A DNA stretch of 54,992 nucleotides. It comes from Dehalococcoidia bacterium. GTDB lineage: Bacteria; Chloroflexota; Dehalococcoidia; UBA2979. How positions within the stretch are numbered: position 1 is the stretch's first letter; each line of letters begins with the position of its first letter. Positions 38,368 to 47,791 of this stretch are shown in pieces. The translations under genes and the position numbers were made by a program. The notes beneath the pieces were generated by a model. It saw nothing but the letters and a program-made list of their open reading frames with translations, made no database searches and was not told where the DNA came from. The stretch is from assembly GCA_050486345.1 (NCBI GenBank), contig JBJHDC010000003.1:371-55362 (forward strand). The letters are read 5' to 3'.

Positions 38368-39594
38368 TCACGCTCGCCTGAGCTGCGACGCGACCAGCAG
38401 GCTGACCGCGCAGGTCAGGATGAGAATCCCGCCCGCTAGCCCGAAGGCGAACCCGACGGTCGTGGCATCTGCGATCGCACCGAGGGTCAGCGGGCCGACG
38501 ATCCAGCCGAATCCGATGGCAAGATTCCATGCCCCCAGCACGCGGCCGCGCAGGTGCTCGTCGACGGCTTGTTGTAGCAAGATCCATTCGATCGCATCGA
38601 TCAGCGCCGTGCAGCAGCCGATGGCGGCAGCAGCCGTGAGCGACACCACGTACCAGGGCGCAGAGCCGATCACGATCATCAGCGCCCCGAACGTTCCGAA
38701 GATGACAAGAAAGGTCAGTCCGAGCCTCATCCGATCCGCGTAGGCGGCGAGGAACAGGAGCCCGAGCACTGCTCCCACCGCCGTCGCCGCGTTCAGCCCT
38801 CCGAGTCCAGACGGCCCGACATCGACGACCCGATCCGCGATCGCGGGGAGGAGCGCGAAGAATGAGTAGCCAAAGATCTCGACGATCACCATGAGACCGA
38901 GCAAGACCGACACCATGGGCACTCTGCCCACCGTGATCAGGCCGCCCACTGTATCCGACAGCAAGGACGCACTGGCTCTCCGTGGAAGCGTGCGAGGCTC
39001 TTCGACGCGGCGGTAGAGCACCGCGGCGAACAGGCACGCCACCCCTGCAGTTGCGAGGGCCGCTGATGCTCCCAGCGTGCTGATCAACACGCCTCCGCCC
39101 AACGCACCCACGGCCGCAATTCCGCGTTGGCCGGTGGAGATCAGGCTGATCGCTCGCGCTCGATGCCGGACACCACCCAGATCGCCCGCCAGCGTGTGCA
39201 GGGACGCAAAGTGGAGTGACTGAGCCACGCCGGTGCCAGCCAGCAGTGCGAACACCACGATGAGTGATGTCCCACCCAGCACGACGAACGCCGCCAGGAG
39301 GATCGTGATGAACGCCCGCAGGCCCGCCGTGATGGACAGCACTCCAGGTCGAGGCGAGCGGTCCGATATGGCACCGGCGATCGGACCGACGAACAGCCCC
39401 GGGCCCATCTGCACCGACACTGCAGCGGACGTTAGGAATGCCGAGTTCGTCATCTCAAAAATGAACCACCCGGCAGCGACACGCTCCATCCACTGCGCGC
39501 CGGCCTGGAGTACGGCGCTCGACCAGAGCGCACCGAAGCCACGCAGCGCGAAGACCTCACCGATCTGTCGAGCAGGAAGCGCGCCGACAGCCAT
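38368..39594 (-). CDS. MFS transporter (EntS/MFS_3-like), paralogue of 7957-9174
   Basis: The start is MAVGALPARQIGEVFALRGFGALW at ATG 39594. The 899-aa track ORF (to 41067) is an antisense read-through of the MetE-like gene. Confidence 0.85.
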   Translation of the reverse strand: MAVGALPARQIGEVFALRGFGALWSSAVLQAGAQWMERVAAGWFIFEMTNSAFLTSAAVSVQMGPGLFVGPIAGAISDRSPRPGVLSITAGLRAFITILLAAFVVLGGTSLIVVFALLAGTGVAQSLHFASLHTLAGDLGGVRHRARAISLISTGQRGIAAVGALGGGVLISTLGASAALATAGVACLFAAVLYRRVEEPRTLPRRASASLLSDTVGGLITVGRVPMVSVLLGLMVIVEIFGYSFFALLPAIADRVVDVGPSGLGGLNAATAVGAVLGLLFLAAYADRMRLGLTFLVIFGTFGALMIVIGSAPWYVVSLTAAAAIGCCTALIDAIEWILLQQAVDEHLRGRVLGAWNLAIGFGWIVGPLTLGAIADATTVGFAFGLAGGILILTCAVSLLVASQLRRA

Positions 39595-39924
39595 GAATCC
39601 TCGCTTGCGGAGTTCTGATCCGTTCGTGAGGAACAAACGTAACCGCTCATGACGACGGCGATGTGACCGCTGGCTTTCGTCTTTCAATCCAGGAGATATA
39701 CGTTCTGTCTCACGTCCTGCGTTCGCGACGGTTGCCAAACCCGCCGAGCACTTGCCAGGACCGCGTACCTGCTGATAACCAGTGTCATCGTGTAACCGCG
39801 CGATCCTCGGCGGCTGTCCGAGCCGACCGAGAGACGCACGGTACGTTCGCACGATGCGCAGCCCCAGGTGACAGCGCACCGAAACAGCGACCCGGGACGA
39901 TGCAGGAACGAGGGAACGATTCAG

Positions 39925-41103
39925 ATGAAGCGAAGCGACGAGCGGATCCTGACCACGCATGCCGGGAGCCTGATCCGGCCTGACCTGTTGCTGGACTACG
40001 CAGTGAAGCGGGGCGACGGAGAGACGATCGACGAGAGCGCCTACGAAACGGATCTCTCCGCGGCGGTGTCCGAGGTTGTACGGCAGCAGGCCGAGGCCGG
40101 CGTGGACATCGTGGACGACGGGGAGTTCTCGAAGTCGAGCTGGGGCACCTACATCAATGAACGGGTAACCGGCTTCCAGCCCCAGGCGGGCCGCCCTCTG
40201 CCAATCAACTACCTCGGCCGCGATGTGGAGCGGTACCCGGGCTTCTTCGCAGACTCTCCCTGGGGTGGGGGTACCTCGAGGATGCCCCGTCAGGCGATGA
40301 GCGTTGACGTGTGCGTGGAGCCGATCACCTACATCGGCCACGACCGCCTCGCCCGCGACATCGAGAACATGAAACGCGCCGTGGAGGCTGCGCCACAGGT
40401 CGAAGAGGCGTTCCTCGCGGTGGTCGCTCCTGCCAGCGCCGCCTTTAATGCGTTCAACGAGTACTACGGGACCGAGGAAGAGTACGTCTACGCTCTCGCA
40501 GAGGCGCTGCGGGAAGAGTACCTGGCGATCACGAACGCCGGTCTGATCGTGCAGATCGACGACGCGGTGCTGGCGAACGTGTACGACCACATGATGCAGG
40601 AGGGCGGACGCGAACGGTTCGACAAGTGGGCATGGCTCCGCATTGAAGCGTTGAATCACGCGCTGCGGGATATCCCGGAAGATCGCGTCCGCTACCACCT
40701 CTGCTACGGCAGCTGGCACGCGCCGCACACTGCTGACGCTCCCTTCGAGGACATGATCGACCTGGTGCTGGCCGTGAAGGCGCAGGCGTATTCGATCGAA
40801 GCAGCCAATGTGCGCCACGAGCATGACTGGCGCGTGTGGGAGGACGTGAAGCTTCCGGAGGGGAAGATCCTCATCCCCGGCGTGGTCACGCACCACACCC
40901 TGAGCGTAGAGCATCCTCGACTCGTCGCGGACCGGCTGATCCGCTATGCGAACGTGGTCGGACGCGAGAACGTCATTGGCGGTACCGACTGCGGCTTCGC
41001 CCAGGGAATTGGTGTGGAGCGCGTCCACCCGGAGATCCAGTGGGCGAAGCTGGAGAGCCTCGCTCAAGGCGCGCGCCTTGCCAGCGCGGAACTCTGGGCA
41101 TAG
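39925..41103 (+). CDS. MetE C-terminal-like (Meth_synt_2) Zn alkyltransferase family protein, paralogue of 15823-17046
   Basis: MKRSDERILTTHAGSLIRPD starts at ATG 39925. Putative Zn ligands are YHLCYG, SIEAANV and GGTDCGF. Confidence 0.85.
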   Translation: MKRSDERILTTHAGSLIRPDLLLDYAVKRGDGETIDESAYETDLSAAVSEVVRQQAEAGVDIVDDGEFSKSSWGTYINERVTGFQPQAGRPLPINYLGRDVERYPGFFADSPWGGGTSRMPRQAMSVDVCVEPITYIGHDRLARDIENMKRAVEAAPQVEEAFLAVVAPASAAFNAFNEYYGTEEEYVYALAEALREEYLAITNAGLIVQIDDAVLANVYDHMMQEGGRERFDKWAWLRIEALNHALRDIPEDRVRYHLCYGSWHAPHTADAPFEDMIDLVLAVKAQAYSIEAANVRHEHDWRVWEDVKLPEGKILIPGVVTHHTLSVEHPRLVADRLIRYANVVGRENVIGGTDCGFAQGIGVERVHPEIQWAKLESLAQGARLASAELWA

Positions 41104-41138
41104 CCACCAACACCTGATAACCGCCGCAAACCGCGATC

Positions 41139-41176
41139 ATCGAGAGGCATCGGGGGAAGTCCCGATGCCTCTCGAT
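41139..41176 (+). terminator. rho-independent terminator after the MetE-like gene
   Basis: Perfect 16-bp stem ATCGAGAGGCATCGGG-ggaagt-CCCGATGCCTCTCGAT followed by TCGTTTGT. Confidence 0.75.
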
Positions 41177-41512
41177 TCGTTTGTCGAGCCATCGAGGTGT
41201 CCGCAGCGAGCGGCACTCATGTACGAAGTTCAGCCCAACGTCCCGTTGAACGCACGCTCCGGAGACCACGACCCGCCTGGCAAGGGCGGAGTGATGGAAC
41301 GGAAACGTTGCCGTCATCCGCAACCCCTATCGTCACGATCGATGAGCGGACATCGGTTCCGCCGGGCGCCGTTATTGGCCTGAACCAGGCCAACTCCTGC
41401 GAGCGATACGCCCTGAAGCGCACGACCACGTCCGAGCCGAATCCACGGCTCAACGGTCGAGGGTGTCCGGACGCGCGCCGTCTCGGACATTCGCCACAGG
41501 GAAGGACAGACT

Positions 41513-43087
41513 GTGTTCAAGATTCCTGACGTTGACGAAGTGGTAGCCGTTGCGGCGCAACTTGGCATCACGCTCTCCGCTGATGAGGCTGCGGCGTACC
41601 AGGAAAACGTCGCCGCCCAGCTAAAGATGATGGATGACTTCGTGCAGTCGCGGCTGGAGGAGACCCGACCACCCATGCTCTCGCCGTCGCGCGCCCCCGG
41701 GTATCGCCCCAGCGCGGACGAGGATCCACTCAACGCGTGGACCTGGAAGTGCCGCATCGAAGGCGAAGCGAGCGGACTACTGGCCGGAAAGACGGTGTCA
41801 TACAAGGACCACGTCGCGGTAGCCGGCATGCCGATGAGCATCGGCGCGTTTGCACTCGAAGGCTTCGTCCCTGATTTCGATGCCACGATCGTGACGCGCG
41901 TGCTCGCGGCAGGTGGCACCGTTGTGGGCAAGAACGTCATGAACGGCCTCGCCGGTGGGTTCGGCGCTGGCGGTGGCATCGGAGACTACGGGCGCACGCT
42001 CAACCCCCACGACCACGAGTACGTGACGGGGGGCTCATCCGCCGGGTCGGCCGCAGCCGTGACCGCTGGTGAAGTCGACATCTCGTTCGGTGGTGACCAG
42101 GGCGGGTCGATCCGCATTCCTGCTGCCTGGTCCGGTAACGTCGGCTTGAAACCAACCTTCGGTCTCATCTCGCACTTCGGCGTTGGGTTCGGCACCGATC
42201 AAAGTATCGACTACACCGGACCGATGACGCGCACCGTCGAGGACTGCGCGGCGGCGTTGCAGGCAACGGCCGGGTACGACGGCTACGACCCGCGCCAGGG
42301 CCGAGACGTCCCCGATTCACTCGAGGTCATGTCACTGCTCGACCGCGGCGTCCAGGGCATCCGCATCGGTGTGCTCGACGAAGGATTTGAGGGCGCTGAG
42401 TCTGACGTCAGCGACATCGTGATGAGCGCCGTCGACAAACTCGCTTCGGCCGGTGCGCTGGTGAGCCGGGTCTCGGTCCCGGAGCACTCCACCGTAGGCG
42501 TCGTACAACAAGCGATGATGCCGGAGGGGAGCCGCGCCATCATGGAGACCGGGTTCTTCGGAGCCTTCACCAAGACGTACTACCCAGCAGCGTGGATCAC
42601 CGCAGTGAACAAGCTGTGGGCTCACCAGGCGGATCTGCTGGCGCCGCGCACCAAGTCGGGCATGATCGCCGCGGAGTTCTCTCGCAAGACGTACTACGGC
42701 CAGGTGTACGCAAAGGCACAGAACGTCCGCGCTGGCTTTGTACGCGCGTTCGATGCTGCCCTTGCGGATGTCGATGTCCTGGTGATGCCCACGACACTCC
42801 ACAAGCCGTTCCGTTACCAGCCACCCGCAACCCGGCTGGAAGCCCTCGAAGAGAACTTCAACATGATGAAGCGGGCGGGCGCGACGAACACGATGCCCTA
42901 CAACTTCACGGGCCACCCCGCGCTGGCGGTGCCGGCCGGGAAGTCAGGGAACCTCCCGGTCAGCATGCAACTCGTTGGACGCTACTTCGAGGATCCGCTG
43001 CTGTTGCAGGTCGCCGCCGCGTATCAGCACGCGGTCGACTGGGACAGCATCGTCGGCGTCGGCAGTCGAGTCGCCGTGCCGGCGTAG
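41513..43087 (+). CDS. AmdA-like (enantioselective/aliphatic) amidase, AS family, with an N-terminal helical extension
   Basis: Motifs SYKDHVAVAG, GGSSAGSAAAV and GGDQGGSIRIPAA are present. At about 520 aa, with a 60-70 aa N-terminal extension, it parallels Rhodococcus AmdA from memory. Confidence 0.9.
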   Translation: MFKIPDVDEVVAVAAQLGITLSADEAAAYQENVAAQLKMMDDFVQSRLEETRPPMLSPSRAPGYRPSADEDPLNAWTWKCRIEGEASGLLAGKTVSYKDHVAVAGMPMSIGAFALEGFVPDFDATIVTRVLAAGGTVVGKNVMNGLAGGFGAGGGIGDYGRTLNPHDHEYVTGGSSAGSAAAVTAGEVDISFGGDQGGSIRIPAAWSGNVGLKPTFGLISHFGVGFGTDQSIDYTGPMTRTVEDCAAALQATAGYDGYDPRQGRDVPDSLEVMSLLDRGVQGIRIGVLDEGFEGAESDVSDIVMSAVDKLASAGALVSRVSVPEHSTVGVVQQAMMPEGSRAIMETGFFGAFTKTYYPAAWITAVNKLWAHQADLLAPRTKSGMIAAEFSRKTYYGQVYAKAQNVRAGFVRAFDAALADVDVLVMPTTLHKPFRYQPPATRLEALEENFNMMKRAGATNTMPYNFTGHPALAVPAGKSGNLPVSMQLVGRYFEDPLLLQVAAAYQHAVDWDSIVGVGSRVAVPA

Positions 43088-43133
43088 CCCCACGCGTCAT
43101 CAGCAATCCGCAGACACCTCAAGGAGTTTCACC

Positions 43134-44705
43134 ATGTACTTGATGCCTACCCCACAAGAGATCTCGGAGATCGCAGCATCGATCGGCGCGAACGTAGGAG
43201 AGGAGGAGGCCGAGCAGTACCGCCCGTACCTCCTCGATGTCCTCCGTCTCGTGGATCAGTTTGTGCAGTCACGGACCGAGGAATCACCACCGCCGATGCT
43301 ATACCCGGAGCGCGGCCCCGGGTATAGACCAAGCCTCAGTGAAGACACGTACAAGGCGTGGCTGTGGAAGTGTGCGATTGGCGGCGGTGATACCGGACTG
43401 CTCGCTGGTAAGACCGTGTCCTTCAAGGACCACATCAGCGTCGCCGGCATCCCGCAGGCTTTCACCTCACAGGCCCTCGAAGGATTCATCCCGGACGTCG
43501 ATGCCACTGTGGTCACTCGGGTCCTCGCGGCCGGGGGCAAGGTCGTCGGGAAGCACATGATGAACGGCTTCGTGGGCGACTACGGGATGCCCGCCAACCC
43601 GCACAACCCTGCCCATACCCCGGGCGGCTCCTCGTCCGGGTCCGGCGCAGCACTCGCTGCCGGGGAGGTCGATATCTCATTCGGTGGAGACCAGGGCGGT
43701 TCCGTTCGCATCCCGGCAGCCTACTGCGGCGTTGTGGGCCTCAAGCCTACGTTCAGCCTCATCTCTCACTTTGGAGCAGGCTTCGGTGCTGAGATGACGG
43801 TCGACCACATCGGCCCGATGGCGCGCCGGGTCGAGGACGTCGCCGCGGCTCTGCAGGCAGTGGCCGGGTACGATCCGCTCGATCCTCGTCAGCGACGCGA
43901 AGTCCCGGAGACGCTCGATGCCATGAGCGGCCTCGACGGTGGCGTGAAGGGGCTGCGTATCGGCGTCCTGGACGAGGGCTTCGCGGAGCCGATCGATCCG
44001 CAGGTGGCAGACACCACCATGGAAGCGATACGTGTCCTGGAGCGGGCGGGCGCGGAGGTGACCACCGTTTCCGTCCCAGAGCACGCGCAGGTCACCGCTG
44101 CCTACCAGACCCTGACCCTGGAGGGGCCGCTGGCACTGTTCGATGCGGGTTTCTATGGAGCTGGATACAAGGGCTACTATCCGCAATCCACCATCACCGC
44201 GGTGAGTCGCCTGTGGCACGATCACACGGATCTCCTGCCGGCACGCAGCAAGCTCAACCTCATCGCTGGGGAGCTGGTTCGCCGCACGTACCACGGCGGG
44301 GCCTATGCAAAGGCGCAGAACGCCAGGGCTGGGTTCGTTGCGGCGTTCGACCGAGCCCTGGCTGAGGTGGATGTGCTGGCACTGCCAACCACCAGGTCAG
44401 TTGCTCCAGCGGTGGAACCCGTACCAACGGATCCTCGGCAGTTCATTGACGAGAACCTGGGCAGGAACTGGATCCTGATGCCCGGCGCATACAACACCAT
44501 GCCGACGAACTACACCGGACATCCGGCGTTGGCGGTTCCCTGCGGAAAGGTGGGCGGACTCCCCGCCAGCCTGCAGCTGGTCGGTCGGCACTTCGAGGAT
44601 GCGCTGTTGCTGCAAGCGGCATACGCGTTCCAGCAGTCGGTCGACTGGGAGACATACACCTCCGTGGGGACACCCGTCGGGGAACCAGTAGGAGCGCTAG
44701 TCTAG
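43134..44705 (+). CDS. AmdA-like amidase, AS family, tandem paralogue of 41513-43087
   Basis: Motifs SFKDHISVAG, GGSSSGSGAAL and GGDQGGSVRIPAA are present. AAGGAG lies 7 nt upstream of ATG 43134. The ORF track starts at 42975. Confidence 0.9.
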   Translation: MYLMPTPQEISEIAASIGANVGEEEAEQYRPYLLDVLRLVDQFVQSRTEESPPPMLYPERGPGYRPSLSEDTYKAWLWKCAIGGGDTGLLAGKTVSFKDHISVAGIPQAFTSQALEGFIPDVDATVVTRVLAAGGKVVGKHMMNGFVGDYGMPANPHNPAHTPGGSSSGSGAALAAGEVDISFGGDQGGSVRIPAAYCGVVGLKPTFSLISHFGAGFGAEMTVDHIGPMARRVEDVAAALQAVAGYDPLDPRQRREVPETLDAMSGLDGGVKGLRIGVLDEGFAEPIDPQVADTTMEAIRVLERAGAEVTTVSVPEHAQVTAAYQTLTLEGPLALFDAGFYGAGYKGYYPQSTITAVSRLWHDHTDLLPARSKLNLIAGELVRRTYHGGAYAKAQNARAGFVAAFDRALAEVDVLALPTTRSVAPAVEPVPTDPRQFIDENLGRNWILMPGAYNTMPTNYTGHPALAVPCGKVGGLPASLQLVGRHFEDALLLQAAYAFQQSVDWETYTSVGTPVGEPVGALV

Positions 44706-44726
44706 GACATCAACCTCACACAGGAT

Positions 44727-44768
44727 GCGCGCCGTCGCTGCCCAACTCCTCCGGCGGCGACGGCGCGC
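44727..44768 (+). terminator. GC-rich hairpin after the plus-strand amidase pair
   Basis: GCGCGCCGTCGC (44727-44738) pairs with GCGACGGCGCGC (44757-44768), a 12-bp perfect stem, followed by TTCACGTTGT. Confidence 0.55.
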
Positions 44769-44895
44769 TTCACGTTGTCACGCTGGTCACGCACCCGTTC
44801 AACCCCGGCAGGAGCACGCCCCACCCGATTGGTTTCGTCCTGACGGATGATGATCGAGTGCCATTACCGCGGGCGCGTGTGGCGATGAATGAAAC

Positions 44896-44939
44896 AAACA
44901 GATAGCGGCCCCCGGTACTCCGGGGACCGCTATCTGTTT
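44896..44939. terminator. bidirectional terminator hairpin after the minus-strand amidase operon
   Basis: AAACAGATAGCGGCCCCCGG-tact-CCGGGGACCGCTATCTGTTT has 20-nt arms with one mismatch and A/T tracts on both sides. It lies 28 nt beyond the 44967 stop. Confidence 0.75.
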
Positions 44940-44966
44940 GCCGTCGGTTCGAGCTGCGAGCCCGAG

Positions 44967-46385
44967 CTAGTTTGCGACTGCCTCGGTAGTAGCGAACACG
45001 GGTGGCAACTGCAGGTGCCAGTCCGTCATCTGCTGGTATGCGTCCCCGACAAGAAACAGCGTCGAGTCAGCGAAGGGCTTGCCTACGATCTGAAGCGACA
45101 GAGGCAGGCCATCGCTCGAGAACCCCATCGGAACGCAGAGCGCCGGAAGACCGACGTTGTTCCAGAAGCTCGTGTAGCTGGGAAGCTTGAAGAACGACTC
45201 GGCATTCAGGCCCTCCACCGGAGGCGCTCCATTCCCCGAAGCGGGCGTGAGGAGCACGTCCACCTCGGACATCACTTGCGCCACCTCACGCTTGGCCATG
45301 GAGCGTAGGCGCTGCGTCTGGACGTACTCCCAACCGGTACACAGGGCGCCGCCAATCAGGATGTCCTTCGTGTGGATCCCGTAGAGTTCGCGCCGGCCTC
45401 GGAGGTCGAGGCGGTGATACGCGAAGGATTCGGCACGCGCAGCAACCTGGCTCGCGGCCTGGATCTCCTGGTAGTGCGGGATCGACACCTCAACCACGCG
45501 CGCGCCCGCAGCCTCCAACTCAGCGACTGCTGCCTCGAAGACGTCGCGGACGGCTGGATCTTCAGCAGGGTGGCCGAAGTGGTGTTCACGCTCTACACCG
45601 ATGACCAGGCCCGCGAGCGAGCCATCGAGCGCGGCGACATAGTCCGGTACGTCCACTTCAACCGACGTGAGGTCTGCGGGATCGTGCCCCGCCATCACGC
45701 CGAGCATGATGGCGCAGTCCCGCGCTGAACGGGCTAGCGGCCCGATGTGGTCTCGGCTGTACCCCAGCGCGACGCACCCCGACTTCGGCACGAGGCCGAA
45801 CGTCTGCTTCATCCCCGAGACGCCGCAATACGCGGCCGGGATGCGCACCGAACCGCCGGTGTCGGTCCCCAGGCCGCCAAGGAACAGCCCTGCGGCAATC
45901 CCGGAACCCGTACCCGAGCTCGATCCACCCGGCCAGCGATCGGTGTTCCACGGATTTCGCGGGACCGGGAATGGCTTGCTCGCATCCGGCATACCGATCG
46001 CGAACTCCATCGTGGAGGTCTTCCCGATGATGACCGCGCCAGCCTCCCGCAGGCGAGCAACCACTGGTGCATCAGCGCCCGAACCCCACCAGGGATCGAG
46101 CACCTCGCTCTGCGCGGTGGTGGGGGCATCCTTCGTGGCGATGATGTCCTTCACCCCCAGCGGGATGCCATGCAGTGGTCCGCGATCGATGCCCGCAGCC
46201 AACTCCTGGTCCGCAACCCGGGCCGCAGCGAGTGCGGGAAGGTCCATCCGGGTGAGGTACACGCCGAGGATCGGATCCAGATGGTCGGCTCGCTCAAGCA
46301 TCGTTTCCACGAGCTCAACGCTCGTGAGTGTGCCCGCGCGGATCGCGGCCGCCGCATCTGTGATGGTGAGTGGCAGATCGGTCAC
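44967..46385 (-). CDS. GatA-like amidase (AS family), type I paralogue
   Basis: Start VTDLPLTITDAAAAIRAGTLTS. Motifs GVKDIIATKDAPTTAQS, GGSSSGTGSG and GTDTGGSVRIPAAYCG are present. The GTG start overlaps the upstream stop (GTGA). Confidence 0.9.
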   Translation of the reverse strand: MTDLPLTITDAAAAIRAGTLTSVELVETMLERADHLDPILGVYLTRMDLPALAAARVADQELAAGIDRGPLHGIPLGVKDIIATKDAPTTAQSEVLDPWWGSGADAPVVARLREAGAVIIGKTSTMEFAIGMPDASKPFPVPRNPWNTDRWPGGSSSGTGSGIAAGLFLGGLGTDTGGSVRIPAAYCGVSGMKQTFGLVPKSGCVALGYSRDHIGPLARSARDCAIMLGVMAGHDPADLTSVEVDVPDYVAALDGSLAGLVIGVEREHHFGHPAEDPAVRDVFEAAVAELEAAGARVVEVSIPHYQEIQAASQVAARAESFAYHRLDLRGRRELYGIHTKDILIGGALCTGWEYVQTQRLRSMAKREVAQVMSEVDVLLTPASGNGAPPVEGLNAESFFKLPSYTSFWNNVGLPALCVPMGFSSDGLPLSLQIVGKPFADSTLFLVGDAYQQMTDWHLQLPPVFATTEAVAN

Positions 46386-47791
46386 ACGAGCACCTCCGTT
46401 GCGAGCGACGGCACCCGGAGGTGCCATTCCGTGAGCTGCTGGTAGGCATCACCGATTCGAAGCGCCATTGCGTCCTGGAACGGAGCGGCGGCTACCTGGA
46501 GCGACAGGGGCAGCCCGTCGCCAGTGAATCCCATCGGCGCTGCCAACGCGGGGTACCCGATCAGGTTCCAGTAGCGCGTGAAGTTGGGCGCGAAAAACGA
46601 GGACTCCGACGTGAGGCCCTCGAGCGGAAGCGCTCCGGCACCGGAGGTCGGCGAGACGACTGCATCGAGGTTCGAGAAGAGCTCACTCACCTTGCGGCGG
46701 ATCACGGTCCGTGCGCGCTGCGCCTGAACGTATTCAAACCCCATCACCGCACCACCGAGCTCCAGCATGTGAGCAGTGTATTTCCCGAAGAGCTCCCGGC
46801 GGTGGCGCATGTCGAGCATGTGGTAGGACAACGCTTCGACACGGCTCGTCAGGTTCATCCCGGCCAGTGCAGCCTCGAACTCGGGCAGCTCCACCTCCAC
46901 CAGGGTCGCACCCGCCTCTTCAAGCACGACGAGCGCGGCCTCGAAGACCTCCGCCAGCGCCGGGTCATTGTTCGGGTGGTGCAGGTGGTGGATGCGATCC
47001 ACGCCGATCCGCAGGCCTTCGAGTGACCCGGTGAGGGCATCCGTATAGGCGGGAATCTCTACCTCCGCAGAAGTCAGGTCGGAGGAATCGTGGCCCGCAA
47101 GGACCTCCAGCATGAGGGCGCAGTCGCGAGCGCTGCGCGCCATCGGGCCGATGTGATCCAGGCTGTACCCGACTGGCGTGCACCCGGACTTGGGAACCAA
47201 TCCGAACGTGGGCTTGATGCCGGTTATGCCACAGTAGGCAGACGGGATGCGGATCGAGCCTCCGGTATCTGTCCCGAGCCCTCCATAGAAGAGCCCCGTC
47301 GCAACACCTGAAGCGGTTCCAGAGCTAGAACCGCCGGTCCAGCGCTCAACGTTCCACGGGTTCTTCGGGACGGGGAATGGCTTCTCCGGATCCGGGTTCC
47401 CGCAGGCGAATTCCATGGTCGTCGTCTTGCCAGTGAGCACAGCGCCTGCCTCGCGGAGGCGCTGAGTCACGGGCGCATCAACGTTCTCACCCCAGGACGG
47501 GTCCAGTACCAACGACTGAGCGGTCGTCGGCGCGTCCTTCGTTGCGATGATGTCCTTGATGCCCAGGGGGATCCCGTGCAGCGGTCCACGGTCGTACCCC
47601 TCGGCGAGTTCGGCATCCGCACGGCGGGCCGCGGCGAGTGCCGCCTCATCTCCACGGTGGAGATACACCCCAAGGGCGGGGTCGACGGTGTCTGCCTGGG
47701 CAAGCATCGCCGATGTCAGTGCGACACTCGTCGTATCACCACGCCTGAGTGCTGCGGCTGCGTCGGAGATTGTGCGTGGGAGCTCTGTCAT
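46382..47791 (-). CDS. GatA-like amidase (AS family), type I paralogue
   Basis: Start MTELPRTISDAAAALRRGDTTS. Motifs GIKDIIATKDAPTTAQS, GGSSSGTASG and GTDTGGSIRIPSAYCG are present. ATGA overlap with the upstream gene. Confidence 0.9.
   Translation of the reverse strand: MTELPRTISDAAAALRRGDTTSVALTSAMLAQADTVDPALGVYLHRGDEAALAAARRADAELAEGYDRGPLHGIPLGIKDIIATKDAPTTAQSLVLDPSWGENVDAPVTQRLREAGAVLTGKTTTMEFACGNPDPEKPFPVPKNPWNVERWTGGSSSGTASGVATGLFYGGLGTDTGGSIRIPSAYCGITGIKPTFGLVPKSGCTPVGYSLDHIGPMARSARDCALMLEVLAGHDSSDLTSAEVEIPAYTDALTGSLEGLRIGVDRIHHLHHPNNDPALAEVFEAALVVLEEAGATLVEVELPEFEAALAGMNLTSRVEALSYHMLDMRHRRELFGKYTAHMLELGGAVMGFEYVQAQRARTVIRRKVSELFSNLDAVVSPTSGAGALPLEGLTSESSFFAPNFTRYWNLIGYPALAAPMGFTGDGLPLSLQVAAAPFQDAMALRIGDAYQQLTEWHLRVPSLATEVLV

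Noticed and set aside
39595-41067. Upstream 490 codons of the 899-aa minus-strand ORF 38368-41067
   Set aside because: Only the last 409 codons (from ATG 39594) are MFS-like. The remainder is antisense to the MetE-like gene (39925-41103) and to the intergenic region, and has no membrane or motif content.
41336-41343. CGATCGAT upstream of the plus-strand amidase pair, as a shared operator with the SBP-upstream GATCGATCG palindromes
   Set aside because: An 8-mer of this composition is expected by chance about once or twice in 55 kb, and similar GATCGATC strings occur inside coding regions (for example near 236-245). That is insufficient evidence for a shared regulon.
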